Notes: generated from the sequence alone by a model not told the origin. 64,000 nucleotides of DNA from Marsupella aquatica (GCA_973895155.1 OZ316893.1:19410857-19474856); one strand, 5' to 3'. Positions 12,066-25,095 are shown, counted from the stretch's first letter. Numbers and translations: made by a program.

Positions 12066-13874
12066 ATGGACCTTAGTGGCAGAACGAATATGGATCTCAC
12101 CGAAGCTGCACGACTGATGAAGCCAACGATAACCTCATCCACCACAACCAATCCTGCACAAATGCAACCACCTCCTCTTATGATGATGCAACAGGCGGTT
12201 GCCATGCAGCAGTTTCAATTCCAACAAGCATTGCTAATGCAGCAGGTTATGGCTTCACAGCAAGCTGCAGCTCGGGCTGCCACCGTGAAATCGGCCGCAG
12301 AAATGGCTGCAGCCCGAGCCGCAGAGATCAGTAAGCAGCTCAAGGGCAGTGATGCAGAAGAGGAGCAGAAAAAGACTGAAGCTCCAACCCCAAGCAGGTA
12401 AACCTTCTTATCGTTTGCCCTCATTCCACGGCATATCTCGGATTTTATGGTCCTGTCTTATTATCGCAACGGTCTGCCGTTGTGATATTTTACTTTGAAT
12501 TAATCATTGTGGCTTGATCATGCCATCGGTTCTCACACAATGTAGTGACGAGCTACTCCTGGTCATTCAACTTCTGTTCGGATGGAATATAAAGAGTTTC
12601 AACATTTCTGTTCGTATGGATTGTTAAGATTGTGAAGAATTCTTGTTCGTATGAAATGTTACGATTACAAGGATGCTTTTACGCATCCCATTTCTCGTTT
12701 GTGCCTTTCATTCTCTGTTTTGTCACATAGCATTGTGAAAATCTTCCGTCTTTGAATAAATCACTCTCTCCACAAATGTATGCTCCCATGGTTGTAGAGA
12801 AATTACACAGGGTCCCTCGGAGTGCAAAATTGCTTCTTAGATTAGTGAGGATCGTCGTGTGTTTCATTATTTCAACTGCTCCGCAAATGGATGCTCTTGT
12901 CGTCTTGGAGAAATCAGATTTGGTGGAAGGGTTAAGTTGGTCGCTGAATTGTAACGCTTTAATTGACCTTGTTTACAAACAGGTCAAAGTCGCGCTCTCC
13001 TAGCCGATCTCGATCTGTATCGAGGTCGAAATCGCGGTCTCCTATTCGGTACAGGAGGGATCGGTCCCTGTCACGTTCACCAATCCGATATCGACGTGAT
13101 CGCCAATATTCACCTGCAAGGTCCAGGGAATACTACGGTTACCGCAGGGGCAGGCGTGGGTACTACAGAGGTCGTGGTGATTACCCGTGGAATCCCTTCA
13201 GGAGAGATTGGGACCGTGACAGGGACAGAGATTACTACCCTCGGAGCCGTAGGAGCAGGAGCAGAAGCCTTAGCAGAAGTCGGGTCAGAAGACGATCACG
13301 AACTCGATCCCGATCTCCCAGAGTCCGCAGAGAAAGGACTCCTTCACCTAGACATCGGAGGGAGGAACGGAAGCCGGCACGCAGGTCCAGAAGGTCCAGA
13401 TCTAGGGAGACGAAAAGGTCGGCGAGCAGCAGAAGCGTTAGTGGTAGTCCTAGGAGAATCGAAACCAGCAGGAGTCCCGTGAGGAAGGTGAAGGAAAGCA
13501 GCCGCGTTCGGAGAGTAGGTAGTAAAAGCCCTGTGACAAGGACTCACAGGCGAGGTGGTAAGGAGCGGTCTGTGAGCCCTGCCAAAGAGGATCAAGAGGT
13601 AAGCCCTGACATCAAGGACGAAGAAAGCCCCTTGCGTAGAGACACGAGCCCAAGTCCTGACAATGAAACGTCTACGTTGAGTGAGCTACCAAAGAGGGAA
13701 GTCTCTTCTACACCTCCTAGATCGCTTTCTGTATCACTGAATCACTCTTTGAAAAAGGATTTGGAATCTGATGACGACGTCGATGTCAGCAGCATGACAC
13801 CGAAGAGATCAACAAGGTTGGCAAAAGTTGAAAGTGATGATAATGATGATGATGATGATGATGAAAGAAGATGA
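12066..13874 (+). CDS. RS-rich (SR-like) protein: Gln/Ala helix plus RS domain, no RRM; 2 exons (12066-12397, 12983-13874)
   Basis: MMQQAVAMQQFQFQQALLMQQ...AATVKSAAEMAAARAAEISK resembles, from memory, the post-RRM segment of plant filamin-RRM-RS proteins (AT3G23900 type). An in-phase GT-AG intron (12398-12982) joins it to a long RS/RD-rich exon. Confidence 0.7.
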
Positions 13875-15659
13875 TCTGCGGCTCGTTCATTGGTGCTACT
13901 GTAGTCCTTCTACAGCTCGTCTTTGTAGACTGCTTCGATATGATCTTTGTGAAAACTAGAGTTCAGTTTAACAAAGCAGTAGGATGTTCCAAGTGCTGAG
14001 ATAAGGACTGAGGAAAAGCCCGAAAGAAAAGCGAAAGGCCAGTCGAAGCATGAACCATGATGACCACGTTCTAGCATTTCGTTGCAAACAGTTTTTCACC
14101 TTGGAGTGAGGTGAGAATAGGAACCACTTCCGTATCACCTCAGCAAGAAACGCAAAGAACGAAACAGCTGGTCAAAGAAACTTGCTCGCTAAGAGAAGAC
14201 AAAGAGAGACTTGCATGAGGATCTAAGCAAGGACGGAGGTAACTAAAAAGTGAGGAGACATACTCGAGAGGGAAGACAGCACTGTCTAATTTGGCTTTTG
14301 CATAATTCAATAGGCTAGCCTTCTACTTTTGGTTTCATGTGGAGCAGAGTATGTTTATCAGAGTTTTTTTGGAACTTCACACGAGGAAATCTTCAGGCTA
14401 GCAAATGAATCAATCAGGGAGGTAGCAGGGTCGACACGAAGGAGGAGACTTGACCATGGGGCACATACCCTGACACGGGAAGAGAATGGAAGTTTCCAAT
14501 TAAAATCTTAGATCTGACTTGTGGGTTGGTCCATAGTGCATCTGAACCAAGCATATCCTCTCTATTTTCTGCTGAGCAAGCTCATTCATTGGTATTCTAC
14601 TGAATGAGTTCAGTACTGTGAGACCTTTCCTGGTGTCCAGTATTATCTATAGGAGATGCATTCTAGGTTTTTCTTGCGGTTGAAGAAACGAAGAGGATCG
14701 AGATTGCTTTTCTCCTATCAGCTCATCAAATCTAAAGTTGAACCTTGATCGTATATCTTGCATTCATGTCCTGCACAAGAAATTGGTAGCTGGACCGCGA
14801 ACAAATTCATCTTTGGCAGACCAGCTTGCGAAACCTGTAATTGTCAAAATCTGAAGACAGGAAGCGCGTTGGTAGTACAGTATTTGATAGGATATGCTCG
14901 GCTGGTGCGTAACCCTGTGTCTACATTGAACAGCGACTTACTGAAATATTAGGTGTGCCCAACAAGTTTAAGGTCGCTTTTGAAAAGTTAGGTATCGCTA
15001 ACGTGTTCAAGCTCGATTTTTAGCATGACGAGGGGATTGTGGATGGATCAGAGCAGGTCTAGACAATCAAAGGAAAATATATCAAAGTAGTAGCTTCAGA
15101 AGTCCATATTAAGTTTCGCGGGAATGAACTCAACTAATGATAATTAAAGATATTTCAACTACAATACGTATTTTCTCAATTCGACCACCGGATGAGTCGT
15201 TCGTAATTGGGAATAGAGTTTCTTCCCACTTGACGCAGTGGTGAAATTGGACGCGACGTAGGTGAAAAAGTTGTGTTCCAAGTTTGGTATGAGGGCTGCT
15301 CGTACGGGGTGAAAGTGACATCCTTTTGAATCTTTCCTCTATATTCATGACCTTCATCCAGGAACAATTTAACGTTCTACTTTATGCAGCAATGTTGCCG
15401 TATACCTTTTGACTAGGCTAGATTGCAACTCGTCGCCCTTCTGCATTTCTCTACTTTGCCGTCACCTAACCTTGAGCTCCCGTAGTGCCTGGTAGCATTT
15501 TGTAACAACACAAACAGCATGCATTGTCAACGATTAAAATTGCAATTCGGAGAGAAGGAAAAAGGTTTCACCTAAGAAGATGTGTAGACATGATGCGACA
15601 CTGGGAATTGGTATTAACTTGATACAATTGCTTGTTTGGTTGGAATTTTTGAACCCCTC

Positions 15660-15860
15660 ATGTTTATTGTGAAAGACAAGTAAAACTGCATTTTGAGAAA
15701 AAATTCACTCCTTAAATGAATCGAAATTATACTACAAGAAAAAAGAATATGAACTGTAATGCAATTTAGAGTTTTGCTAGATCGTTTACTGTGAATGACA
15801 ATATGCATTTTGAGAAAAATAAATTGCACTCCTTAAAATCAGTAGAAATTATACTACAAA
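15660..15860. repeat. Degenerate tandem duplication (~120-bp period), AT-rich
   Basis: tgcattttgagaaaaa...cactccttaaa...gaaattatactacaa occurs twice. Confidence 0.65.
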
Positions 15861-16019
15861 CATGATCAGGGATCAGGGTTGGCGCTGTTTGTTCTTTTGG
15901 AGTGATATCTATTATTTTTGATTCAATTTCCTGCCTCTCATTCTCGCTGTGATTCCAATCCAAGCTCAATGAAGTCTTAATTTATATGCAAATATTTTAT
16001 CATGTAAACAAGTCATAGG

Positions 16020-16522
16020 TCACAGCAAAACTGCTCTCGTCATGTGGGAGTGCCTGCAGCCCATGGCACAAAACCCTATGCTGGGAAGAACCCGGGGAAA
16101 GAACTGTGAACAGCCACCTTTTAACGATCTATTCAGGAGGCTGATGGACCACCTTAAGCTCCCAACTTACCACCACCTTAATTTGACACCTGTTGTGAGG
16201 GAGCTCTCTACCCCTGATGGCAATCTTGAAAGCCATTTGGCACTCCCTGGGGCCAGAGGAAAATTTTGTAGTGTTATTGGAAAGAAATGAAGCAAAGGTT
16301 TCCCTAACTTTTGCTGGGACAAGATTCTTAGGTTTACAGGCCTGGTATGTTAGAAACTCTATACAAAGAACATTTTGGTATTTGATATGAATTCAAGGGG
16401 TTGGATGGAGATCCTAACTGAGCTTACTACTGAAGGCTGAAGGCCATCCATCAAAAGTTATAATACAAGGTTGTGGCTTTGTATAGCTTGGTTGTCATTC
16501 AAATTTTCAGCCGTCAAAAAAA
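16020..16522 (+). mobile_element. Highly degraded L1-type LINE 3' end
   Basis: Fragments ..VMWECLQ.. and ..LERNEAK.. resemble the zf-RVT/C-terminal region (ET..H...C, W..RN) and parallel the better-preserved LINE at 59973-60467. An A-run lies at ~16516. Confidence 0.4.
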
Positions 16523-17279
16523 GTTAATCCAGTCAAAGAGAAAGAATATAAACTTAGTGTGAACCAAAAAGGGAATGCAGTGCTTTCCAAACAAGAGAGG
16601 CTTTCCAAACAAGAGAGGAATCAAATGGGTGACAAAAGACTCTGAAGAATGCACCATGCACGATGAATAAGGAGGATAGTCATCCATATACAAAAAACAC
16701 AACAGTACATAGTGAATAATGATTGTTGTTCCCTGTAATATGATTGGAGTATTACTACAATAGAGCGTAATATAATAATGATAACTTATTTGAAAGAGGT
16801 TAATTAAACACAATATGCTAGATAATATAGGGAGAATATGATAATTTGATTAAAGGAAGCTACAACTATAATACTGAATCACCCAATTTCGTCTTTCGTA
16901 CCATTACTAAATGTATTTTGGGTGGGGATGAATGACAGTCATTAGATTGTTTGGGTGATAATTGTGTATTTTCCTGCCCACCCATTTAAAAAAAAAGCAT
17001 GTATATATTGTTGTATTTAAAATATAAATAAATTTAATTTGAATAAAGATTGCATTGTTTTTTTGGGTGATCAGGTTACGACTCAGTGATGTGATGGCCA
17101 ATGTCACTCATCTTGCATCTCCATGTTCTCACCTTCATACTCCTCAACAAGAACACATTCACAATAATGACCAAAATGACAAGTGACGTCTTTGCAACAA
17201 TGACAAACATCATCAAAAAATTTATGACATATTTTATGTTACATCCATTTTGTGGCCCATAGAGAATGAGTTTGCCTTC

Positions 17280-17727
17280 ATTTTTTTTGCGTTTCCTTGA
17301 CAACTTTGTTTCACCTCAACATTTTAAAAAATATTTTCAACATCTTCTGTGCAATGCATGGACATTTTTGTGTTCTTGACCTCACCACGACATCTTTCCC
17401 TCACTCTCGATATCTTTTCTCTTCTTGACATGTTTTCCTCATATTTACATCTTGCCATCTTTTCTCTCCTCAACATCTTTTTTTCATTTTGACTTCTTTT
17501 CCCTCACCTCAACATCTTTTTCTCTCATCCATAACTTTTTTAACACCAACATCTCTTCTTCGCCTCAATTTTTTTTCTTATCGACAACTTTTTCACGCAA
17601 ACATTTTTTCTTCACCTTGACACCTTTTTATCTCATTAACAACTTTTTTCACACTAACATTTTTTTTTTCACCTCGATATCTTTTTCACCTCAACATCTT
17701 TTGTGCAACGCACATGCATCGGGCTAG
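17280..17727 (+). mobile_element. Non-autonomous Helitron, 3' end (5' end unresolved)
   Basis: Subterminal hairpin tgtgc-aac-gcaca, then CTAG (17724-17727) followed by T. The body is made of repeated cctcaacatcttttt motifs, and an older 3'-like end lies at ~17348-17362. Confidence 0.65.
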
Positions 17728-18878
17728 TTTAAATTCATAACAACTGAAGGAGGGGTAAGGCATCCTTGATGCGGTCCCCACTTTGGCTTGTCAGTCCTCC
17801 CCTTTGCTTCTCCATATTTGCCCTCAACCAAAGCTCTACCATAACTAGTGCACAAAATATGTTGAGGTGAAAATCTGCCGGCAGTTGGATTTGCCTTAGC
17901 TTTGGAGATGTAAATGCGTCCTGGAAACGATTGTCAATCCTCCTGTGTTGTATGTGCAAACTACAATGGTGAGTCAGCAGGATGCTCTATCAAATTGCAG
18001 GATTCGTACTGAGAGCTACAAAGACCAATCATGCGAAGAAGGCCAAGCTGTCCACATATCGAGAGTACTTGCACAAATCTAGTTCTGGTTGCGGACAACT
18101 TACACGAAAATCTTGAGCCTCGGCTTGCTTCGATCAAACAGCTTTAACGCAAACAACGCTGTTTACTTCTAATCTCCAGAAAGGATTCTCTACTAGTGGT
18201 CAGGTTGGAATATTGTCCTCGCCCATTTCCCTGTGCTCGTGGACGCCTACCATCCAAGGCTCTGTTGAGCAGACTCAAGATTCACGCAGTCAATCTCTGC
18301 TGCCCATCTTGGGCTGCCATGACTGTGGATCCCCTATGACAATATTCTTTGATTTCGTCAGTAAGTTGTTCTGGGCAATAGTACAAACTTCCATGAGGCG
18401 CTTTGTCTTGAAGAACACCTCCAGCTAGCATGCTAATATATGTCCAGGTTCCGAAGCTACACAGGGCTCATTGTTGGGACTCCCACGAATCCACGATCTC
18501 TTAAATTAGCACCTACAATGCTCGGTCCATAACCATATTTGACTTAACCCCACTGTGAAATTCAACTTGCACTCTGACAGTCCCAGACGAGACAATGCTC
18601 GGCACCACACTGTACCACAAAGACAGGAGGAGTATAAAAATTTCAGCATTGGACCATAGTAAATTCATAGCCTTGGTGCAATTCTAATTTCAGGAATTAC
18701 GACGAATTAGGTCTGACAGCTTTTCTTGCATTAGTTACCTATTTGACAAAGAACAACGCAAGAGCTACCCACACCAGGTCACCCTGCCGGAATTACATCC
18801 AGACATATTCCAAGAGGAATGGCCAGATTGCCAGATCAGGCAACTTCTATAAGAAAATTATGTAAAGCTAAACCCTAA

Positions 18879-19219
18879 ATTTACGTCTGTCGTATCAGGA
18901 GTTACCCTCCCCACCAGGTGCTTCAACTACAATTCCACCTCTAGCGAGAGCGTGCAGCAACAAAAGAAGATGTCTGTAACCTATCGAATTAGAGGTCAAA
19001 CAGAACAAGATGATTCTAACCTATCGAATTGATGGTCAAACTGCACGCATGGTTTCCTGACCACTCAAAATGCATGCATCAACTCCTGATAAGACCAGAC
19101 GTAAATGGAGCACACGCCACACGGGAACGGGGGGAATCAATGGAAAATGAACCATTAGGGGTTGGGAAGCGACTGCACTATTGTAGTTGAAGCACCTAGG
19201 TGGGGAGGGTGGCACCTGA
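18879..19219. repeat. Nested inverted repeats with an internal ~40-bp tandem duplication
   Basis: 18895-18933 pairs with 19180-19219, and 18879-18903 pairs with 19081-19106. taacctatcgaatt...ggtcaaac occurs twice in 18977-19041. Confidence 0.75.
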
Positions 19220-21039
19220 GGACCCAGCTGTCCACGTGGTGTAGTTTTATAACCTTCTTATGTAGTGTTTGACACTCTTCTCTTTATTTTCTTCAGTTTT
19301 TAGGTTTGCCTTTGCCTTTGCTTCTTCTTTTCTTTCCCTTGTTTGGTGTTAGTCCTCTTCGGACCTGTTTTTCTTTGGACCACTTTTTCTTTTTTCTCAT
19401 TGTTTTTTTTCTTGGTTTATAAACTTTGGTGATATATTTCCCCTTTAGACCTATTTTTTTTCTTTGGACCACTTTTTCTTTCCTTTCATTTGTACTTTGT
19501 TTATTTTCCTGGTTTAGAAACTTTGGTGGAATTTTCTTACTAGGCCGCCTCAAACCAGACTTATCAGCTGTAATTAGTTCAAGGACCCCTTGGTTATGTG
19601 AGCTTGATTTTCATTGAACTATTTGGAGCCATGGAGAGTTGCACATTGGCATAAATAGATGAGAGAACAAAGATTAAATGAAGTGAATTTTAAAGGTACT
19701 TAGGACAATTCATTAAAAACAAATAGGCATACATTCATGGTAATACCAAGGGCAATTCTCCATGCAAAAGGTTTCCCTTAGTACCTCCATGTCTATAGAA
19801 TACATGTAACATTCCATATAGTTCATGCAAAATATTACTTTTGTCCATAGTAGTCAAAAGGTCTTGGTAATCCTCTATCCATAGTAGTTTTGGTGTTTCT
19901 TACCTTTGCTGGTTACTCCTCTATCCATAATACCCACAGGGTTTCTTAAGTTACCTTGGTAAATGTTAGAGAAGTTGAAAAGTTTTTTGAGTTTCTTATA
20001 TTATGTTGGTAAATGTTAGAGTAGTTGAAGAGTTCTTTCTACTTATCATTATTTCAAAAATGTGTAAATTAAATAAAAATTGAAGCAGATTACCAGAAAA
20101 CACTGTGGGGGTCTCACTACATACAGGCCCCCCATCACGTGTGACATTTTCAAGCCCTACACCCCCTAAAATGCAAGGTTAAAATAATTTGAAACCATAT
20201 TAATATAAAGTTGGAATATTTCAAATTTTGAGTAAAAGTACCTTGATGTTCTTACAAGACTCCAAATTGGATTTAAAAGACCCTAAACCTCTTCCACAAA
20301 AATGTCTAAGTCTTCCCTTAAAACACAATAAAACTACGCTATTCTTCATTGCACATGATGTCTCAATTCTATGGAAGTGAAATTCCCGAGAAAACACTGC
20401 TATATCAATCACAACTCATCCACGAGCTCATCCAAAGATTATTTTCTTTCACCCCTATTATAACATTTTCTTTGTTAACTTACAATGTTACTTTTCAACT
20501 TTCCATGGTTTTTACAGTTAGAGGGTCTAGCTGTTTTTCTTTGTCCCCGTCTTTGTCTTGCCTCAAACATGAATAGTCTGATTTGGTTCTTCTTGCGTAA
20601 CTAATATTAAGTCTTGTTTGTGACAAATCATGCTCATGTGGCTGCACGGGCATCCAGGATACTGGAAGAAACTTCCCATGAGGGTCCGTAACTATATTTG
20701 TAGTTGACCCCCAAGCATACACCCCTCACTAATCAAATGAGCAAAATGTATGTAGATAAATTATTTATCAAATATACACAGCACATTTTGAATTTTTTGT
20801 TTCCTCAACCCTTGCACTATAAGGAATTTTATACTATTTTAGTCACTAATTGTTTTCTAGTTGAAGCTCAATTGTCTTGCTTTGTTCTTGGATTAATTTT
20901 AGTTACTCTGGTTGGATTAATTGTAACTGCATATTTGCAATATGGATGTGTGAATTGATTCCATCTTTAACTGTGATAGAAATTTATACTGAAGAAAATG
21001 TCCTTTTGTGAGATTTTTGTGGGGCATAGACAACATTTA

Positions 21040-21318
21040 TGATGGTAAGCACATCACATATCTAACACGCAAGTAGTCGACACAAGAGATATGTGTTTCA
21101 GCTCCTTGAGGCTACATCCACGGGAACACACAAGAGCTTTACGTCGGCCATAGCAAGTCTCCACAGTGTAAGCTTATCTCTCAAGTGGTTCTGTAACAAT
21201 GAGCCTTATCCTAGCAAACACCGCTTAGGATAAAGTTTACCCAACCACATCTCTGACCACGGTTAGCCTAACTATGGTTACATGTCATAACCTTAGATGT
21301 GAGAGTAAATACCTAACA
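21040..21318 (-). mobile_element. Probable solo LTR (~279 bp)
   Basis: Minus-strand ends TGTTAGG...CATCA. It is flanked by attta (21035-21039) and atttc (21319-21323), a 5-bp TSD with 1 mismatch. Confidence 0.45.
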
Positions 21319-21421
21319 ATTTCAGTTCAAATGAAAATCTTTATGCTTGGTTTAGTCACATATAGATATACAAGAACCCTACATGAGTCAACACACTGAA
21401 AATTCAATTCAGCAAAGCAAA

Positions 21422-21448
21422 AATCAATCAATCAATCAATCAATCAAT
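21422..21448. repeat. (AATC)n microsatellite
   Basis: About 6-7 consecutive aatc units. Confidence 0.9.
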
Positions 21449-22312
21449 GAGAAATCACTTTTTGTTGCAAATTAAGGCTATGCTAAAAGTAGGAAGAAAT
21501 AATGGTGTTACTCTGCTTGTCATCCACAATAGAGGTGGCAATGGAGATGGCAAGAGAGAGAGAGAGAGAGGTGAACCAATATGTACAAATGACATCAACA
21601 GGCCCACCTGCAGCATTAAGTAACAGGTGATAATGGGGCCAGGTTGGCGCAGAAAGCACAATACATTTGACACTAATGCTACAAACTTAGTACAGATAAA
21701 ATAATCTTAACGTACCCTGTATCCCACCATAAATTTTGTGTGGGTGAGAACTGAGACCCGTTGGATCTTTGGGTCTGCCTGTGTTGAGAATTGTTCAAAA
21801 TGAAAAGCCCTCCCACATGCATTATTTTGGACCACTCCCTGTTGGGATAGCTTTACCTTACATGTGATAGAAAAACTTCATAGTCCTTTCCTTATCTCAA
21901 AGAGAACGCATGGAAAGTGGGGCCACCTGTCCCACCAAGCTAATAAAGACAAAAGCTAGGGATCCCAAAGTAACATTTCGATCATTTTCCTTGGAGATTT
22001 ATTTATTGCTGCTAATTGGGTCCCACCATTGAATGCTGACCATTACCATCCCTGCCCATTGCGCAGAAAAGATGAAAACATGAGGGTGTGTGAATCAACA
22101 TTTTTGAATTCTACTCAATGTGCATAGATCCAAAAAGGGAAGAGTTTGTCATACACTAGTTTTCCCAACAAGTGTAGCCCAACTGTAGTTGTCCTCATCA
22201 TTGTGGCAAGTGACTTTGACATCAATCTTCATGAGTAGACCAGCTTTCGCATTTTGGACTTGTCTGACAAATAGAGGCTTTAGAGTCTGTCAACTTACAA
22301 CTCATCACTTGG

Positions 22313-22555
22313 ACCATCCCGGCCCTTCCCTGTCCCGACCTGACCCAGCCCCAACCCTGTCCTGGCCCCGACCCTGGCCTGTCCGGGCCTCTCCTGGCCC
22401 TGACCCTGGCCTGTCCCGCCCCCCTCTCCTGGCCTTGACCCCGGCCTGTCCTGGCCCCGGCCCAACCCGCCCGGACTCGGCCCAGTCCCGCACCCGGCCC
22501 GGCTCCAGGGCAGGGCAGGGTAGGGGACAGGGACGGGGAGGTCCGGGCCAGGGAA
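22313..22555. repeat. Very GC-rich low-complexity fold-back tract (CCCGG/CCTGG motifs)
   Basis: The left ~190 bp are C-rich and the right ~50 bp G-rich, and ccctgtccc pairs with gggacaggg. It resembles transposon subterminal repeats. Confidence 0.7.
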
Positions 22556-24436
22556 TAATGGGGAATATCTGTCGTTTGGATTGATTTCCACCTGGCAAGT
22601 GACGAGTTGACGTGCCCCACAACTCAACAAGTTGCCCGTCACTTCATTTTGCACAAACCCATCTCAAAGTGGGGTTCACCAACTCCCTTTCCATATAAAA
22701 GATTTGACACATCATTGCAACATAGGAGGTCACTCTCATTTTACTTGAGTGGAAAGGGGCACGCTGGCCACATCTAAGGAGGGACCCAAAGGATCATTTA
22801 CCAATCTAGGAGTGGGACCCAAAAGGTAGTAATAATGATTTCCCCCAAAACTATAAAACTGAATCCGAGTAGATAATATTATGCAAGAGTAAACATGCGG
22901 TGACAAAGGTTTTATCGACAAATTTTTATTTATTTTATAGTGTGGTCCCATGTGGAAAGTTTGAAAACGAGGGGAGTCAGGAGGTGTGCAGTGGGAGAGA
23001 AGGGTCAGAGCGTAGCTTTTGAGCCGGGTTTAATTTGATTAAAAAAGAAGGATCAACAGTGCGATTGTATCTCGGTGTGAAACGTCTCGAGGCTGCGAGG
23101 TATTATTGCGCCATGCGGGTCCAGATTCTGTATTGCCAGGCGTCATGGCAAAATCACAACACGTGGTCGGAACGCACTTCAGCATTCCTTTGACAAGCAC
23201 ATGTCAGACACGTGGAGTGCCCGAAGATTGTCCGAAGCCGACCTCCAGAGTCCTGAAAATCCGATTACAACCCAGGCGAGGGGAGATAAAACCCGCCCCC
23301 AGTTCTGTCAGCAGGAGGCCGCCGGCCCCTGCCCCCCACCCCCCCCGGCATGCATGTAGACATCCAGACCGCATATCATCCCCGGTACGTACCGGTACTA
23401 GGAGATTCGCCCGTCGACAGGCCGCTCTTTTTACCTTTACTGCATCGGCTCAGACCGCACACTCCATAAGCGCATTACCTGGTTAAGCGCAAACAAAGGG
23501 AATGTAAACTGTCTACACTTATCCATAAGTGCGCCTTTGAGGGGTGTGCGCCGATCAAGGAATGCAACGCTTGGTTCAATGCATGCTGGATCCTCCTTCC
23601 CGAGATTGTGCACTTAGAGATACGTGTGTGTGACTTATCTACGGGTCCCGTATAATGCAGGCTTCCGGTGAACGGTAAAAGTAAAAGCTCAGAGATCCCG
23701 AAAGACTGGGGGGCACGGCTAGGGGCCTAGAGGGAGAGATCCCGAAAAGGTCGAGGCTGGGGGCACGGGCTAGAAGCCTATGGGGCGAGAGAGAGAGAGA
23801 GGATGACGAAGAAGAAGATAGTGAAAATATACTTACACTACTACTGTGCTGTGCTGACGGCTGGCTCAGGACTTCTCTCTGAAGGCTAGCTGCACTCCTG
23901 CGGCCCACTCTAGCTACACAAATGCGATGACAATTCTAGCTTTCGAGCTTCTACTGTAGACATGCTTTGTAGTTATCGGAGCCACTAGCTACTGGATTGG
24001 ACGATCGTCGGTATGATTGTGGTGTGGACGGGAGTAAAAGCTGGCAAGTTTGTTTGAAAGTACTGGTGATTGCGGTGTGTATTCGGAGACTTCTTGCGCA
24101 ATTCAGAGCAATGGAGCGAGACGGACGCCAAAACGATGATGATCTGAGATCTGAGTCTCTAGTGATCGCGTAGATTCGTGACGTGATCGCGTAGATTCGT
24201 GACGTGATCTCATCATTATGCTCGGCATGTGGTACAATCATGAAGTAACCCCTTTTGCCAATATGGAGAACGATTCTGAATTCTTGTGGTACTCCTAGCC
24301 AAGGACACAGGTGACCTATCAATCCAAATGGAAGGTTAAGACGAGTCGATCTTGGGCTGTACCGTACTGACTAGATGCATGATCTCATTACTCCTGCAGA
24401 TTATCCGAATCAGATATGAGTGAATGAAGCTGGAGA

Positions 24437-24638
24437 GCTAGCACGGGCGATGGGAACGGTAAACAAATTTCTTTGGAGGTAGAGTCAGATTGATTTGCAT
24501 GATGTCCTGAACGGAGGCGGGGAGGACTTGCTTTTCCGAGAGGTAGCAGGGGCAATGGGAACAGTGAATAAATTTCTTTTTGGAGGTCGCCTCAGATTGA
24601 TGCATGAAGTCACGGAGGGAGGCGGGGAGGACTTGCTG
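24437..24638. repeat. ~104-bp tandem duplication upstream of the histidine kinase
   Basis: atgggaac.gt.aa.aaatttctttt..ggagg...cagattga...ggaggcggggaggacttgct occurs twice. Confidence 0.85.
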
Positions 24639-24972
24639 TCTCAGCATTCCATCTAGTTTATGAAGGATTCTGTCTATGTGATCTTCTAGGGACATTTGCA
24701 CAATGGGGAACTTCAGATTGAACAGATCATCTTTGTAGATTACTTCGAGTCTCTGAGAACACTAAAACCGCATTGTCCTAGCAGTCAGAGGTTGATGGAA
24801 ATATCAGATCGCAAGCGGGTACTTTCAACCTGAATACAAAGCAGTGAGCGTTAGATTGGCAGGAGACTTGTTCGAGTGGACATGGGAGCAGTAACTGCGG
24901 CGAACAGACAGTCTTACGTTTTATCAACTTCTTCACCCAGATGGATCAGCAGCAGCAAGGGACAACTAACTA

Positions 24973-25078
24973 CAATGAACCCTCGAGGCGGTTCAGTAGT
25001 CTGTAGAATGATTCCTGGCGATACGCAATGAACCCTCGAGGCGGTTGAGTAGTCAGTAGAATGATTCCTGGCGATACG
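24973..25078 (+). repeat. 53-bp near-perfect tandem duplication in the kinase 5' leader
   Basis: caatgaaccctcgaggcggtt(c/g)agtagtc(t/a)gtagaatgattcctggcgatacg x2. Confidence 0.95.
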
Positions 25079-25095
25079 AATTGCTGCCAGTGACG

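Noticed and set aside
17735-18700. Possible degraded gene on the minus strand
   Set aside because: Only short ORFs with no recognisable motif or consistent splice structure.
19280-19560. Lys-rich and Phe-rich ORFs
   Set aside because: Low-complexity T-rich tract with no coding evidence.
20550-20720. SWIM-like FQYPGCPCSH on the minus strand (MULE transposase remnant)
   Set aside because: The upstream CxC is missing and the frame is broken, so it is too weak to call.
22189-22654. Four overlapping Pro/Gly/Arg-rich ORFs
   Set aside because: Artefacts of the stop-poor GC-rich repeat.
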